DNA of 64,000 nucleotides from contig SKVW01000014.1 in NCBI GenBank assembly GCA_007129255.1, positions 166 through 64,165 on the forward strand, read 5' to 3'. Under the pieces are notes generated by a model. The model saw nothing but the letters and a program-made list of their open reading frames with translations. It ran no database searches and was not told the origin of the DNA. Origin of the DNA: Bacteroidales bacterium. GTDB taxonomy: Bacteria > Bacteroidota > Bacteroidia > Bacteroidales > UBA7960. Positions 28,917-38,070 of the stretch are shown one piece after another (position 1 is the first letter of the stretch; each line of letters starts with the position of its first letter). The position numbers were made by a program, and so were the translations under genes.

Positions 28917-28930
28917 TTTTTTGGATATAA
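28917..28930 (+). repeat. Direct repeat copy 1, TTTTTTGGATATAA
   Basis: An identical 14-mer recurs at 29024-29037. The two copies bracket the -7 box of the oxidoreductase gene. Confidence 0.5.
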
Positions 28931-28946
28931 TATTTTTTAAAAAAGC

Positions 28947-28954
28947 TACCTTTG
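28947..28954 (+). promoter_or_regulatory. -7 box TACCTTTG upstream of the fused oxidoreductase gene
   Basis: Exact TAnnTTTG match. It overlaps the track's TTG start at 28952, supporting ATG 29051 as the real start. Confidence 0.5.
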
Positions 28955-29023
28955 CGGTGGAAATGCTGGTTTACAAGGCTTAAAGTGTTTTTAAAGCAAA
29001 AAAAATTTTGTTACCAAACAGTT

Positions 29024-29037
29024 TTTTTTGGATATAA
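29024..29037 (+). repeat. Direct repeat copy 2, TTTTTTGGATATAA
   Basis: Identical to 28917-28930. It ends 13 nt before ATG 29051. Confidence 0.5.
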
Positions 29038-29050
29038 ATTGCAAGAATCA

Positions 29051-32000
29051 ATGCATAAAATAACCCAACACCCCATAATTGCCATTCCCGATAGGGATGA
29101 GGTTCATTTTCAATACAATGGAGCCACCATAAAAGGTGAAAAAGGATTTACCATTGCTGCAGCCCTTCACCGTGCAGGGTTTCCCATACACAGCCACAGC
29201 CTCAAAAACCGCAGCCGCAGTCTGGAGTGTGGTATTGGCAAGTGCAGTGCCTGTGAGATGCTTGTGGATGGAGAAATAAAACGCATTTGCATTACCCCGG
29301 TTGACCAGGTGCTAACCGTTGCAGAAATTCCGAAAGATTATGTTGCTGAGCCATCTGTTTATGAAAAACCCGATGGGGTAAAAGTTTACAAAACCGATGT
29401 GGTGATCGTGGGTGCCGGACCCGCAGGGTTGGCTACCAGGGAAGTTTTAAACCAACATGGGGTCAGCAATATGGTAGTTGACAGCAATAGCGAGATTGGC
29501 GGTCAATTTAACATGCAAACCCACCAGTTTTTCTTTTTTGAAAAGGAGAAGAAATATGGTGGAATGCGGGGATTTGAGATCTCCAGGACACTTGCCGGTG
29601 ATGACCATAGCGGCATACTGCTCGACAGCACCGTATGGGATATTTTTGAAGGCAACAGGGTAGCTGTAAAAGATTTTAAAAACCATGAAATATATTATAT
29701 TGATTGCCGGCACTTTGTAGTGGCTACAGGTGCCGTACCTTTTCTTCCCACCTTCAATAACGATGATCTTCCCGGGGTGTATACCGCAGCAGTCGTTCAA
29801 AAGATGATGAATACCGAGCTGACCCTGCTGGGAAAAAATATTTTAACGGTAGGTGCCGGGAATATCGGTTACCTTACCAGTTACCAATTGACGCAGGCAG
29901 GAGCAAAAGTTAAGGCTATAATAGAAGCCCTTTCCCATGAAGGTGGCTTTCCGGTTCAGGCCAACCGGGTGAGAAGGCTGGGCATTCCGGTCATGCTTTC
30001 CCACATGATATTAGAAGCGGTTCCCAATGAAAAGGGAGATGGAATAAGCGGTGCGGTGGTGGCCCGGGCAGAAAATTTCAAACCCGTTGCCGGAACCGAG
30101 CAGCTTATTGAAGGAATTGATGCCATCAATATTTGCACCGGCTTAATGCCTGATGATGCCCTTTTGGAAAAAGGAAAGGAAATGTTTGGCCGGCATTGCT
30201 ATGGTGCAGGGGATGCCATACGCATTGGGGAAGGCACCAGTGCAGTACTTCGCGGTAAGCAGGTGGCCTACGAGATCCTTGAAAACATGAGGCAACGCTT
30301 TAATTATGATGATTATATGTTGCTTTCCAAAGAGTATATTGACTCGCAGCAGCACCCGGTTAAGGTGATTGAAGAAGCCTTTTTGCCTTCAGAAGAAAGA
30401 ATGGATAAACCTTTTGTAAGGATTGACTGCACTTATGGCTTTGCCTGCAATCCCTGTGCTTTTGCCTGTAAATACGGGGCCATTACAAAGTCTTCGACCT
30501 CCACTGTTCCCGAAATTGACTTTGAAAAATGCGTGGGATGTATGGATTGCGTATATCAATGTCCCGGTTTGGCCATTTTTGGATACAACCTGAAAAAAGG
30601 CATCTTCTTTCTTCCCATAGAGTTTGACATGGAAGCAGGGGAGGAGGTTTTCCTGGTGGATAACCATGCCACTATTCTCGGGGAAGGAATTATTCAGCGG
30701 GTGATGCGCAAAGAAAATCTGACCCATGTAGCCAGGGTAAAAGCCGGAGAAATGAAGCAGGAGGATCAGCTTAAGGTCAGTGGGTTTATTGTAAAAAGAG
30801 ATTACCCTGAAAAGCTGGAAATGAAACCCTGGAAAGGAAAAACAGGAGCCGGTTTTTACATGTGTCATTGCGATGATGTTGAATTTGAAGATATACTCAG
30901 GGTAATTGGTGACCGTAAATCCATATCGGTGGAGGAGATAAAACACACCACCCACCTTGGAATGGGGCCTTGCCGTGGGAAGCGTTGTATTCAGCGCCTG
31001 AAACTTAATCTGAGGCCAATGGGAATTGCGCTTACCGGAGAATCTACTCCGCGGGCGCCCATGTCAAACCAGATCACTATTGGAGAACTATTTCCTTCGG
31101 ATTTCCATAACAAGATCATTACCAGCAATGTAAATACAAAGCGCAGGATCGTTCAGACCAGGGCCCTGGTGGCCGGGGGAGGCATCGGGGGCAGCGCCCT
31201 TTTTCGCTTTCTGGCGGAAGAAGGTTACGAGCCTACCCTGATCAACCACGGCTTTGGTGCTTCCTGGAGAAATATTGCAGGGGGAAGACCTGCCTTTAGC
31301 CTCCCGGAGCTTACGGATATTGCAAGACACAACCTGGAATTGTTTAAGGAGTTATCGGAAAAAGGAGACATTGACTTTCGGCAGATCCATTACATAACTT
31401 TTGCCCACGATGAGCAAATGTACCGGGCACTGGAAGAGTCCATGGCCTGGCAAAAAGCGGTAATGCTTAAACCCGGGCAGTTTCGTGATGAGATTTCTCC
31501 ATTTTTCAATACCACCAATGACAAATATCTTGCGGCCCTTAAAACCAGCGAATGCTGGCAGGCTACTCCCGGAAAAGTTATCGAAACCCTCCGCCAGCTT
31601 GGAATAAACCAGGGGGGAGAATTGCTGGAAAATTCCCGTCTGGTGGACGTGGAAAAAACCGGGGATACTTATAAAGCCATCGTTCGCGATCACAGTGGAG
31701 CGTACGTTGAATACCATACTCCGTTGTTTATCAACGCACTTGGTGATCGGGGGGATAAATTTGCCAGGATGCTGAATATTGAAACCGGCCTTTTCCCGGT
31801 AAAGCATCAGGCCTTTATTACCCGCCGCCTGCCCATGCTAGGACTCAACGGCAAGCCCCTGGATATGCTTATCGACCGGCGAAACTATAAAGGGTTTACC
31901 GCCGTTTACGGGCAGCAACTTGGGGATACCGGCCAGATCATCGGTTGTGCTTCTCCTGCCGTTGAGCCCAACGAAACCGACAAAGATCTGAAAATCAACT

Positions 32001-32281
32001 CAAAGGAATTTGCCGAGATAATTTCGGAAATTTTTGTAGACTGGATCCCGCAAACTTCGGCAGTGGGCTTTCAGGCACTTTGGGCAGGGTATTACAATGA
32101 ACCAAAAATGATCATTGATGTGGAGAAAGGCCTTTTCCTGGGACTCAGGGGACAAGGTTTTATGCTGGGACAATACCTTGCAAAACTTTATGTTAATGAG
32201 CTTACCGGAAAGCAGGTCCCGGAATATTTCGGCCGGCTGAAACTCGGTGGGGATGCCCTGCTTGAAAAAGCATTTAAATAA
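29051..32281 (+). CDS. Fused multi-cofactor oxidoreductase: 2Fe-2S domain + FAD/NAD(P) pyridine-nucleotide-disulfide-type reductase + 4Fe-4S dicluster + BFD-like 2Fe-2S + DAO-type FAD dehydrogenase
   Basis: The start is moved to ATG 29051 (MHKITQHPIIAIPD). In order, the motifs are: LECGIGKCSACEMLVDG; VVIVGAGPAGLA; ILTVGAGNIGYLTSYQLTQAGAKV; CNPCAFACKYG and CVGCMDCVYQCPGLAI; CHCDDVEFEDI..GMGPCRGKRCIQ; ALVAGGGIGGSALFRFLAEEG. Confidence 0.75.
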   Translation: MHKITQHPIIAIPDRDEVHFQYNGATIKGEKGFTIAAALHRAGFPIHSHSLKNRSRSLECGIGKCSACEMLVDGEIKRICITPVDQVLTVAEIPKDYVAEPSVYEKPDGVKVYKTDVVIVGAGPAGLATREVLNQHGVSNMVVDSNSEIGGQFNMQTHQFFFFEKEKKYGGMRGFEISRTLAGDDHSGILLDSTVWDIFEGNRVAVKDFKNHEIYYIDCRHFVVATGAVPFLPTFNNDDLPGVYTAAVVQKMMNTELTLLGKNILTVGAGNIGYLTSYQLTQAGAKVKAIIEALSHEGGFPVQANRVRRLGIPVMLSHMILEAVPNEKGDGISGAVVARAENFKPVAGTEQLIEGIDAINICTGLMPDDALLEKGKEMFGRHCYGAGDAIRIGEGTSAVLRGKQVAYEILENMRQRFNYDDYMLLSKEYIDSQQHPVKVIEEAFLPSEERMDKPFVRIDCTYGFACNPCAFACKYGAITKSSTSTVPEIDFEKCVGCMDCVYQCPGLAIFGYNLKKGIFFLPIEFDMEAGEEVFLVDNHATILGEGIIQRVMRKENLTHVARVKAGEMKQEDQLKVSGFIVKRDYPEKLEMKPWKGKTGAGFYMCHCDDVEFEDILRVIGDRKSISVEEIKHTTHLGMGPCRGKRCIQRLKLNLRPMGIALTGESTPRAPMSNQITIGELFPSDFHNKIITSNVNTKRRIVQTRALVAGGGIGGSALFRFLAEEGYEPTLINHGFGASWRNIAGGRPAFSLPELTDIARHNLELFKELSEKGDIDFRQIHYITFAHDEQMYRALEESMAWQKAVMLKPGQFRDEISPFFNTTNDKYLAALKTSECWQATPGKVIETLRQLGINQGGELLENSRLVDVEKTGDTYKAIVRDHSGAYVEYHTPLFINALGDRGDKFARMLNIETGLFPVKHQAFITRRLPMLGLNGKPLDMLIDRRNYKGFTAVYGQQLGDTGQIIGCASPAVEPNETDKDLKINSKEFAEIISEIFVDWIPQTSAVGFQALWAGYYNEPKMIIDVEKGLFLGLRGQGFMLGQYLAKLYVNELTGKQVPEYFGRLKLGGDALLEKAFK

Positions 32282-32401
32282 ATACTTTTTTGAGTTCCGT
32301 GCAAAACAGAGTGTAAAGTTAAATTTAACTTCAACTGCCTCAGGCTACTGGTTTGCAGTAATCCATTGATATTTATTGTTTTTTTTTTCGCATAATAGTT
32401 T

Positions 32402-32409
32402 TATCTTTG
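32402..32409 (+). promoter_or_regulatory. -7 box TATCTTTG upstream of yceD-rpmF-plsX-fabH
   Basis: Exact TAnnTTTG match 26 nt upstream of the TTG start at 32435. Confidence 0.5.
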
Positions 32410-32434
32410 CAGCCTTTAAAAAATCAGAAGCATT

Positions 32435-32971
32435 TTGAATACATTGAAGCAATATAAGATCAACTTCGTTGGTTTGCCCATCGGAAACCATCCCTTTACC
32501 TTTAGGGTAGAAGAGGGTTTCTTTGCCTGCTTTGAGGAGTCTGAGATTTCGCAAGGGCAGGTTAACGTTGAGTTGGTGCTCGAGAAAAAAAGCAACATGC
32601 TGGTTCTTGATTTTCAAATGAAAGGTGAGGTTGAGGTAGTTTGTGACCGGTGCATGGAACTTTATAATGAAGCCATTGATTTAAACAAGACCCTTTATGT
32701 GAAGTTTGGCGATGCCTATGTGGAGCAAACCGAGGACATCATTACCATTCCTGACAGTGAGAATCATGTTGATATTTCGCATTTTGTTTATGAGTTCCTT
32801 CACCTGGGCTTACCCATAAGGCGTGTTCATTCAACAAACCGCAAAGGGGAGGCAGGCTGTGATCCTGAAATAATGAAAAAACTGGAAAAGCATCTTGGTG
32901 GAAATAAGGGCACCCGCAAAATATGTGACACGGACTCTGCCTGGAAAGCCTTGAGTAAGCTCAAATTTTAG
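32435..32971 (+). CDS. YceD/DUF177 family protein (23S rRNA accumulation protein)
   Basis: 178 aa. The N-terminus (YKINFVGLPIGNHPFTFRVEEGFF) and the CDRC motif fit DUF177, as does the position directly upstream of rpmF. The start is TTG, with no nearby in-frame ATG. Confidence 0.7.
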   Translation: MNTLKQYKINFVGLPIGNHPFTFRVEEGFFACFEESEISQGQVNVELVLEKKSNMLVLDFQMKGEVEVVCDRCMELYNEAIDLNKTLYVKFGDAYVEQTEDIITIPDSENHVDISHFVYEFLHLGLPIRRVHSTNRKGEAGCDPEIMKKLEKHLGGNKGTRKICDTDSAWKALSKLKF

Positions 32972-33005
32972 AAATTTTTGAAAACAACCTTTAATAAAAA
33001 AAATT

Positions 33006-33191
33006 ATGGCACATCCAAAGAGTAAGATTTCCAAAACCCGCCGCGATAAGCGTCGCACCCATTACAAGGCGGTAGAGCCCTCTCTTACCAGCTGCTCCAA
33101 TTGCGGCTCTGCAAAGCTGATGCACAGGGTTTGTCCGGAGTGTGGTTATTACCGGGGCAAAATTGCCATTGAAAAAACCACTACGGCGTAA
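33006..33191 (+). CDS. rpmF: 50S ribosomal protein L32
   Basis: 61 aa. MAHPKSKISKTRRDKRRTHYK, with zinc-ribbon Cys pairs CSNCG / CPECG. Confidence 0.95.
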   Translation: MAHPKSKISKTRRDKRRTHYKAVEPSLTSCSNCGSAKLMHRVCPECGYYRGKIAIEKTTTA

Positions 33192-33235
33192 AGTCTGACA
33201 TTCTTTAACCCGATTTGCTTACCAACAGCCGCATA

Positions 33236-34213
33236 ATGAAAATTGGTATTGATGTAATGGGTGGTGACTTTGCTCCTGATGCAACCATATCAGGAGCCAT
33301 TCTTGCCAGGGAAGAAATCCCCGAAAGCGATCGCATTGTTCTGATTGGGGACAAGCCAACCATCTTAAATCAACTGGAAGCCCACAACGTAAGAGCGGAT
33401 TATTTCGATATTGAACATGCCTCTGAAATGATTGCCATGGGTGAGCAGCCTACCCGGGCTTTTGCCCAAAAACCCAATTCCAGCATTTCCTTAGGTTTTA
33501 AACTGCTAAAGACAGAGCAAATTGATGCTTTTTCCAGTGCAGGGAATACCGGGGCCATGCTGGTGGGATCTATTTACAGCGTCAATGCTGTTCAGGGAAT
33601 CATCCGCCCTGCAACTACTTCCATTATCCCCAAGGAAAGCGGGGGAATGGGTGTGCTTATCGACGTGGGGACCAACCCCGACAGCAAACCCGATGTGATG
33701 TACCAGTTTGGATTGCTTGGTTCCATCTATGCCAGGTATGTTTACGGGATTGAAAAACCCAAGGTCGGTCTGTTGAATATTGGAGAAGAGGAAGATAAAG
33801 GAAGCCTGCTTTGCCAGTCTGCGTTCCGTTTAATGAAAGATAGCAAGGACTATCATTTTATCGGAAATGTCGAAAGCCGGGATCTTTTTAAAGACAAGGT
33901 AGATGTGGTTGTTTGTGACGGTTTTACGGGAAACATTCTTTTAAAGAACATGGAAGCCATGTATCGGTTGATGGTGAAAAGGGGCCTCACCGATGAGTTT
34001 TTCTCCCGTTTCAATTATGAAAATTATGGTGGAACGCCTATTCTGGGCATCAACTCCACCGTGGTAGTTGGTCATGGTATTTCCAATAAAGTGGCCATAA
34101 AAAACATGATTTTGCATTCAAAGCATGTGTTTGAGGCCAAAATATCAGAAAAGGTTCGCCAAACCCTTGATCAATATACACAAAGGCAATTTTTTAGTAA
34201 TGGGATGCAATAG
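33236..34213 (+). CDS. plsX: Phosphate acyltransferase PlsX
   Basis: The track start 33215 is TTG; ATG 33236 gives MKIGIDVMGGDFAP, the canonical PlsX N-terminus. Confidence 0.9.
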   Translation: MKIGIDVMGGDFAPDATISGAILAREEIPESDRIVLIGDKPTILNQLEAHNVRADYFDIEHASEMIAMGEQPTRAFAQKPNSSISLGFKLLKTEQIDAFSSAGNTGAMLVGSIYSVNAVQGIIRPATTSIIPKESGGMGVLIDVGTNPDSKPDVMYQFGLLGSIYARYVYGIEKPKVGLLNIGEEEDKGSLLCQSAFRLMKDSKDYHFIGNVESRDLFKDKVDVVVCDGFTGNILLKNMEAMYRLMVKRGLTDEFFSRFNYENYGGTPILGINSTVVVGHGISNKVAIKNMILHSKHVFEAKISEKVRQTLDQYTQRQFFSNGMQ

Positions 34214-34235
34214 TTTCGACTAACCAAATTTTGAT

Positions 34236-35234
34236 ATGACAAAAATCAATGCCGCCATTACTGCCATTCACAGTTACCTTCCCGACAACGTTCTTACCAA
34301 CAAAGATCTGGAGCAAATGGTCGACACTACGGATGAATGGATCACTACCCGTACCGGCATTAAAGAACGAAGGATTTTAAAAGGGAAAGGGGTTGGAACT
34401 TCCGATATGGCTGCCGAAGCTGTAAAAGGCCTTCTGGAAAAGCGCGGAATTGGTCCGGAAGAAATAGATATGCTGGTGTGTACCACTGTAACCCCCGACA
34501 TGAAGTTTCCGGCAACCGCCAATGTAATCAGCGACAAAACCGGAATTAATAATGCCTTCAGTTACGATCTCAATGCGGCCTGCTCTGGTTTTATTTATGG
34601 TCTGGTAACCGCTGCCAATTTTGTGGAGTTGGGAAAATACAAAAAAGTGGTGGTGGTTGGAGCCGACAAGATGTCTTCTATTGTAGACTATACCGACCGC
34701 CAAACCTGCGTGATATTTGGTGATGGAGCTTCTGCGCTTCTACTTGAGCCCACAACGGAAGATTTGGGGGTGATGGGTCATAAATTTGAAACCGATGGCT
34801 CCGGTCGGGTTCATTTGCACATGAAGGCCGGCGGATCGGTAAAGCCGCCTTCCCATGAAACCATTGATGCCCGGGAGCATTATGTTTACCAGGAAGGGCA
34901 GGCCGTGTTTAAATTTGCCGTTACCAATATGGCCGATGTAACACTGGCGCTGATGAAAGAAAACAACCTTGACGGCAGGGACATTTCCTGGCTGGTGCCC
35001 CATCAGGCCAACATGCGTATTATTGAAGCCACCGCCCGCCGCGCCAATGTGCCTATGGACAGGGTAATGGTTAATATTCAACGATACGGCAACACTACTA
35101 ATGCCACCATCCCCCTTTGCCTGTGGGAGTACGAAAAGCAAATGAAAAAAGGAGACAACATCATTTTAACCGCCTTTGGCGGAGGATTTACCTGGGGTGC
35201 CGTTTGGCTCAAATGGGCCTATGATCCCAGTTAA
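34236..35234 (+). CDS. fabH: Beta-ketoacyl-ACP synthase III
   Basis: 332 aa with the active-site context [18 protein letters not shown] and [10 protein letters not shown]. Confidence 0.9.
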   Translation: MTKINAAITAIHSYLPDNVLTNKDLEQMVDTTDEWITTRTGIKERRILKGKGVGTSDMAAEAVKGLLEKRGIGPEEIDMLVCTTVTPDMKFPATANVISDKTGINNAFSYDLNAACSGFIYGLVTAANFVELGKYKKVVVVGADKMSSIVDYTDRQTCVIFGDGASALLLEPTTEDLGVMGHKFETDGSGRVHLHMKAGGSVKPPSHETIDAREHYVYQEGQAVFKFAVTNMADVTLALMKENNLDGRDISWLVPHQANMRIIEATARRANVPMDRVMVNIQRYGNTTNATIPLCLWEYEKQMKKGDNIILTAFGGGFTWGAVWLKWAYDPS

Positions 35235-35265
35235 AAAAGTTTAATCTTTTTTAAAAAAAGAGAAC

Positions 35266-35301
35266 CCCAGGCTGTCAGTTCCGCAGTTTGGGATTTTTTT
35301 T
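35266..35301 (+). terminator. Rho-independent terminator after fabH, embedded in the 3' end of the convergent MazG-like gene
   Basis: CCCAGGCTG (35266-35274) pairs with CAGTTTGGG (35284-35292) over 9 bp including 2 G-U, followed by A and T8. Confidence 0.6.
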
Positions 35302-35604
35302 GTGCCGGGAAGCATCCCGGCTGGTCTTTTTCTCCAGGTTGGCTTTTAGTGCTTCGGTGAGGTCTACCCCGGTTTGATTGGCAATACAAACAAGCACAAA
35401 CAATACATCGGCCAACTCATCCCCTAACTGAACGGAGCTTTCATCCTTCTTAAATGACTGGTCACCGTATGTGCGGGCCATAATACGGGCCAGCTCGCCC
35501 ACTTCTTCCGTAAGAATGGCCATGTTGGTCAGTTCGCTGAAGTACCTTACACCGGTGGTCTTGATCCATTGGTCAATGGTTTGCTGAACTTCTTTTATTG
35601 TCAT
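35275..35604 (-). CDS. MazG-like nucleotide pyrophosphohydrolase (small single-domain type)
   Basis: 109 aa with EEVGELARI and ELADVLFVLVCIAN motifs. Confidence 0.75.
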   Translation of the reverse strand: MTIKEVQQTIDQWIKTTGVRYFSELTNMAILTEEVGELARIMARTYGDQSFKKDESSVQLGDELADVLFVLVCIANQTGVDLTEALKANLEKKTSRDASRHKKNPKLRN

Positions 35605-35625
35605 GGGGTTATTTTCAGAAAATTT

Positions 35626-36078
35626 TTACTCTTTGTTTTTGGAATCGATCATGATGGTTACGGGCCCGTCATTCACCAGGGATATTTTCATGGTTGCACC
35701 GAAAATTCCTGAGCAAACCTTTAGTCCGGATTCCTCCTCCAGTGAGCGGATGAATGCTTCATACAGAGGAATGGCATGTTCAGGAGGGGCCGCCTTTATG
35801 TATGAGGGTCGATTTCCTTTTTTGGTGCTGGCATGCAGGGTGAACTGGCTGATAACCATTAACTCTCCCCGAACATCCTGCACGGATAGGTTCATCACGC
35901 CCTTGTCATCATCAAAGACCCTGAGGCGGGAAATTTTTCCTGCCAGCCAGTTAATGTCTTCCTGGTTGTCGGCTTCCTGCACGCCCTGCAAAACAACAAG
36001 CCCCTTTCCAATGGATGCATGTTCTTTTCCTTCAATAAAAACGCTTGCTTTTTCTACTTTTTGAATAACTACACGCAT
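35626..36078 (-). CDS. dtd: D-aminoacyl-tRNA deacylase
   Basis: 150 aa. MRVVIQKV..GKGLVVLQGV..ISQFTL..KKGNRPS.. Confidence 0.9.
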   Translation of the reverse strand: MRVVIQKVEKASVFIEGKEHASIGKGLVVLQGVQEADNQEDINWLAGKISRLRVFDDDKGVMNLSVQDVRGELMVISQFTLHASTKKGNRPSYIKAAPPEHAIPLYEAFIRSLEEESGLKVCSGIFGATMKISLVNDGPVTIMIDSKNKE

Positions 36079-36092
36079 ATTATTTTATTTTT

Positions 36093-37016
36093 TTAACTCC
36101 TTGTGTCAATATCCAACAGTATGTTCAGGTAGTTTGAATACCTGGAAATGCTGATGCTTCCTTCCTCGACCTTTTCCTTAACCTTACAGCCGGGTTCGTT
36201 GTAATGGGTGCAATTATCAAATCTGCACTGGTTAAAATATTTACGCATTTCAGGGAAATAGTGGCTGAATTCCCATGGCTCGTAATCCACCATTCCGAAT
36301 TCTTTGATTCCGGGGGTATCAATAATAAACCCGCCGTTGGAAAGGGGAAACATCTCGGCAAAGGTAGTGGTATGCTTCCCTTTTTGATGTGCCCGGGAAA
36401 TGGACTGTACTTTAAGGTTCAGGCCTGGTTCTATGGCATTGATAAGGGCCGACTTTCCCACTCCGGAATGCCCTGACAAAAGGGAGGTTTTTTCTTCCAG
36501 CATCCTGTCGAAGTTCTCAAGGTTGATTTTTTGCGTTGCAGAAACATGAAGACAGGGATACCCGATATCCTCATAAAGCATGGTTATTTCGTGTAAGTAT
36601 TCTTTAGCCTCTTCCGTATCAATCAGGTCCATTTTGTTGAAAACGATAACTGCCGGGATGCTGTATGCCTCGCAGGTGACCAGAAAGCGGTCGATAAACC
36701 CGGTGGAGGTTTTGGGCCGGGCAAGGGTGGCAATGATCACCGCCTGATCGATGTTGGCTGCAATTACATGTTTGCGGCGGGAAAGGTTGGTGGCTTTGCG
36801 GACAATATAATTGCTCCGGTCGTTGATGTCCTCGATAAGGCCAGGTTGGTTTTGGGTTTCGGGTAAAAATTTTACCCGGTCTCCAACGGCAACCGGATTG
36901 GTTGAGCGGTTGCCGGAAATTTTTAACTTTCCCCGCAATTTGCAGGAATGTCTTTTACCCTGCTCATCCATTACGGTGTACCAGCTGCCGGTAGATTTTG
37001 TAACAATACCTGTCAA
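36093..37016 (-). CDS. rsgA: Ribosome small subunit-dependent GTPase A
   Basis: 307 aa, TTG start. It has circularly permuted GTPase motifs (VFNKMDL, GHSGVGKSALIN, DTPG) and a C-terminal zinc cluster (CRFDNCTHYNEPGC). Confidence 0.9.
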   Translation of the reverse strand: MTGIVTKSTGSWYTVMDEQGKRHSCKLRGKLKISGNRSTNPVAVGDRVKFLPETQNQPGLIEDINDRSNYIVRKATNLSRRKHVIAANIDQAVIIATLARPKTSTGFIDRFLVTCEAYSIPAVIVFNKMDLIDTEEAKEYLHEITMLYEDIGYPCLHVSATQKINLENFDRMLEEKTSLLSGHSGVGKSALINAIEPGLNLKVQSISRAHQKGKHTTTFAEMFPLSNGGFIIDTPGIKEFGMVDYEPWEFSHYFPEMRKYFNQCRFDNCTHYNEPGCKVKEKVEEGSISISRYSNYLNILLDIDTRS

Positions 37017-37091
37017 GGCGATGGAAAACTTAAGTGCGTATCTTTTATTTTTTTATAAAATTAGTAATTTCGCACAAACCCTCAACTTCCA

Positions 37092-38000
37092 ATGTCTATA
37101 GAATCCAAAAATGTAACCAAAGTCTTCGGCACCCAGAAGGCACTGGACAATGTTTCTTTTAAAGTTAAGCAGGGAGAAGTGGTGGCCCTTTTAGGACCCA
37201 ACGGGGCAGGAAAGTCCACCCTGATGAAGATCATTACCTGTTTTATCCCTCAAACTGCCGGTCAGGTTTCTGTTTGCGGTTATGATGTGGTTACCCGGCC
37301 TCTTGAGGTCAGAAAGCGCATTGGTTACCTTCCAGAAAACAACCCCTTGTATCACGACATGTACGTTAAGGAATACCTGGAGTTTGTTGCCGGTTTGTAT
37401 AAACTGGGAAAGGACGGCCGCAGGCGGGTTTCTGAAATGATTGAAACCACCGGGTTAACCCTGGAATACCGCAAAAAAATCGGTGCCCTTTCAAAGGGCT
37501 ATCGTCAAAGGGTAGGCCTGGCCCAGGCACTGATCCACGACCCAGAGGTTTTGATCCTGGATGAGCCCACATCAGGTCTGGACCCCAACCAGCTGGCAGA
37601 AATACGCAGCCTGATCATTAAAATCGGGGAAGAAAAAACCGTTATGCTTTCCACACACATTATGCAGGAAGTGGAAGCGGTATGCGACCGGGTGATCATC
37701 ATCAATAAAGGGCGTATTATGGCGGATGCTCCCACGGGGGAAATTCAGCTGTTAAATCAGGCCAACCGTGTTATTCGCGTGGAGTTTGATAAGCCGGCTG
37801 ATGAAGCAGCCCTTAAGCAGGTAAAAGGGGTTGTGGATGTTTTGCAGGAAAAAAATACCGTTTATAAAATATTTTCCCAAAGCGAAAAAGACATAAGGGC
37901 CGATATTTTCAATTTTGCGGTGGCCAACAAGCTGGCAATTTTGGCTATGGACCATGAAGAACAAACCTTGGAGCAGGTTTTCAGGCAATTAACGGTGTAA
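37092..38000 (+). CDS. gldA: ABC transporter ATP-binding protein, GldA-like (gliding motility-associated)
   Basis: 302 aa with Walker A GPNGAGKST, signature LSKGYRQR and Walker B LILDEPT. The N-terminus is close to my recollection of Flavobacterium GldA. No gldF or gldG lies adjacent. Confidence 0.6.
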   Translation: MSIESKNVTKVFGTQKALDNVSFKVKQGEVVALLGPNGAGKSTLMKIITCFIPQTAGQVSVCGYDVVTRPLEVRKRIGYLPENNPLYHDMYVKEYLEFVAGLYKLGKDGRRRVSEMIETTGLTLEYRKKIGALSKGYRQRVGLAQALIHDPEVLILDEPTSGLDPNQLAEIRSLIIKIGEEKTVMLSTHIMQEVEAVCDRVIIINKGRIMADAPTGEIQLLNQANRVIRVEFDKPADEAALKQVKGVVDVLQEKNTVYKIFSQSEKDIRADIFNFAVANKLAILAMDHEEQTLEQVFRQLTV

Positions 38001-38019
38001 CAAATAACTTTTTATTGCT

Positions 38020-38027
38020 TACCTTTG
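38020..38027 (+). promoter_or_regulatory. -7 box TACCTTTG upstream of metK
   Basis: Exact TAnnTTTG match 44 nt upstream of ATG 38071. The leader is too short for a riboswitch. Confidence 0.5.
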
Positions 38028-38070
38028 CAGGTCAAAAAAATAAACGTATTAAAGTAATTTATTATAAGTC

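Noticed and set aside
28952-29050. Upstream TTG/GTG-initiated extensions of track ORFs: 28952, 1646, 13662, 16207, 20377, 22234, 33215, 45862, 46589, 53637, 59670, 62785 and 63331
   Set aside because: The extensions lack family-typical sequence. Several overlap promoter boxes or the preceding gene. A downstream ATG in each case yields a canonical N-terminus or signal peptide.
35603-36064. 153-aa plus-strand ORF
   Set aside because: It lies entirely antisense to dtd, which has the canonical D-aminoacyl-tRNA deacylase sequence.
38001-38070. Looked for a SAM riboswitch upstream of metK, and for B12, TPP or other aptamers upstream of the TonB-dependent receptor (55858-56108) and the AbgT gene
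   Set aside because: The metK leader is only about 40 nt after the -7 box. I could not find any conserved aptamer cores (B12 box, TPP, SAM helices) by eye in the other leaders.
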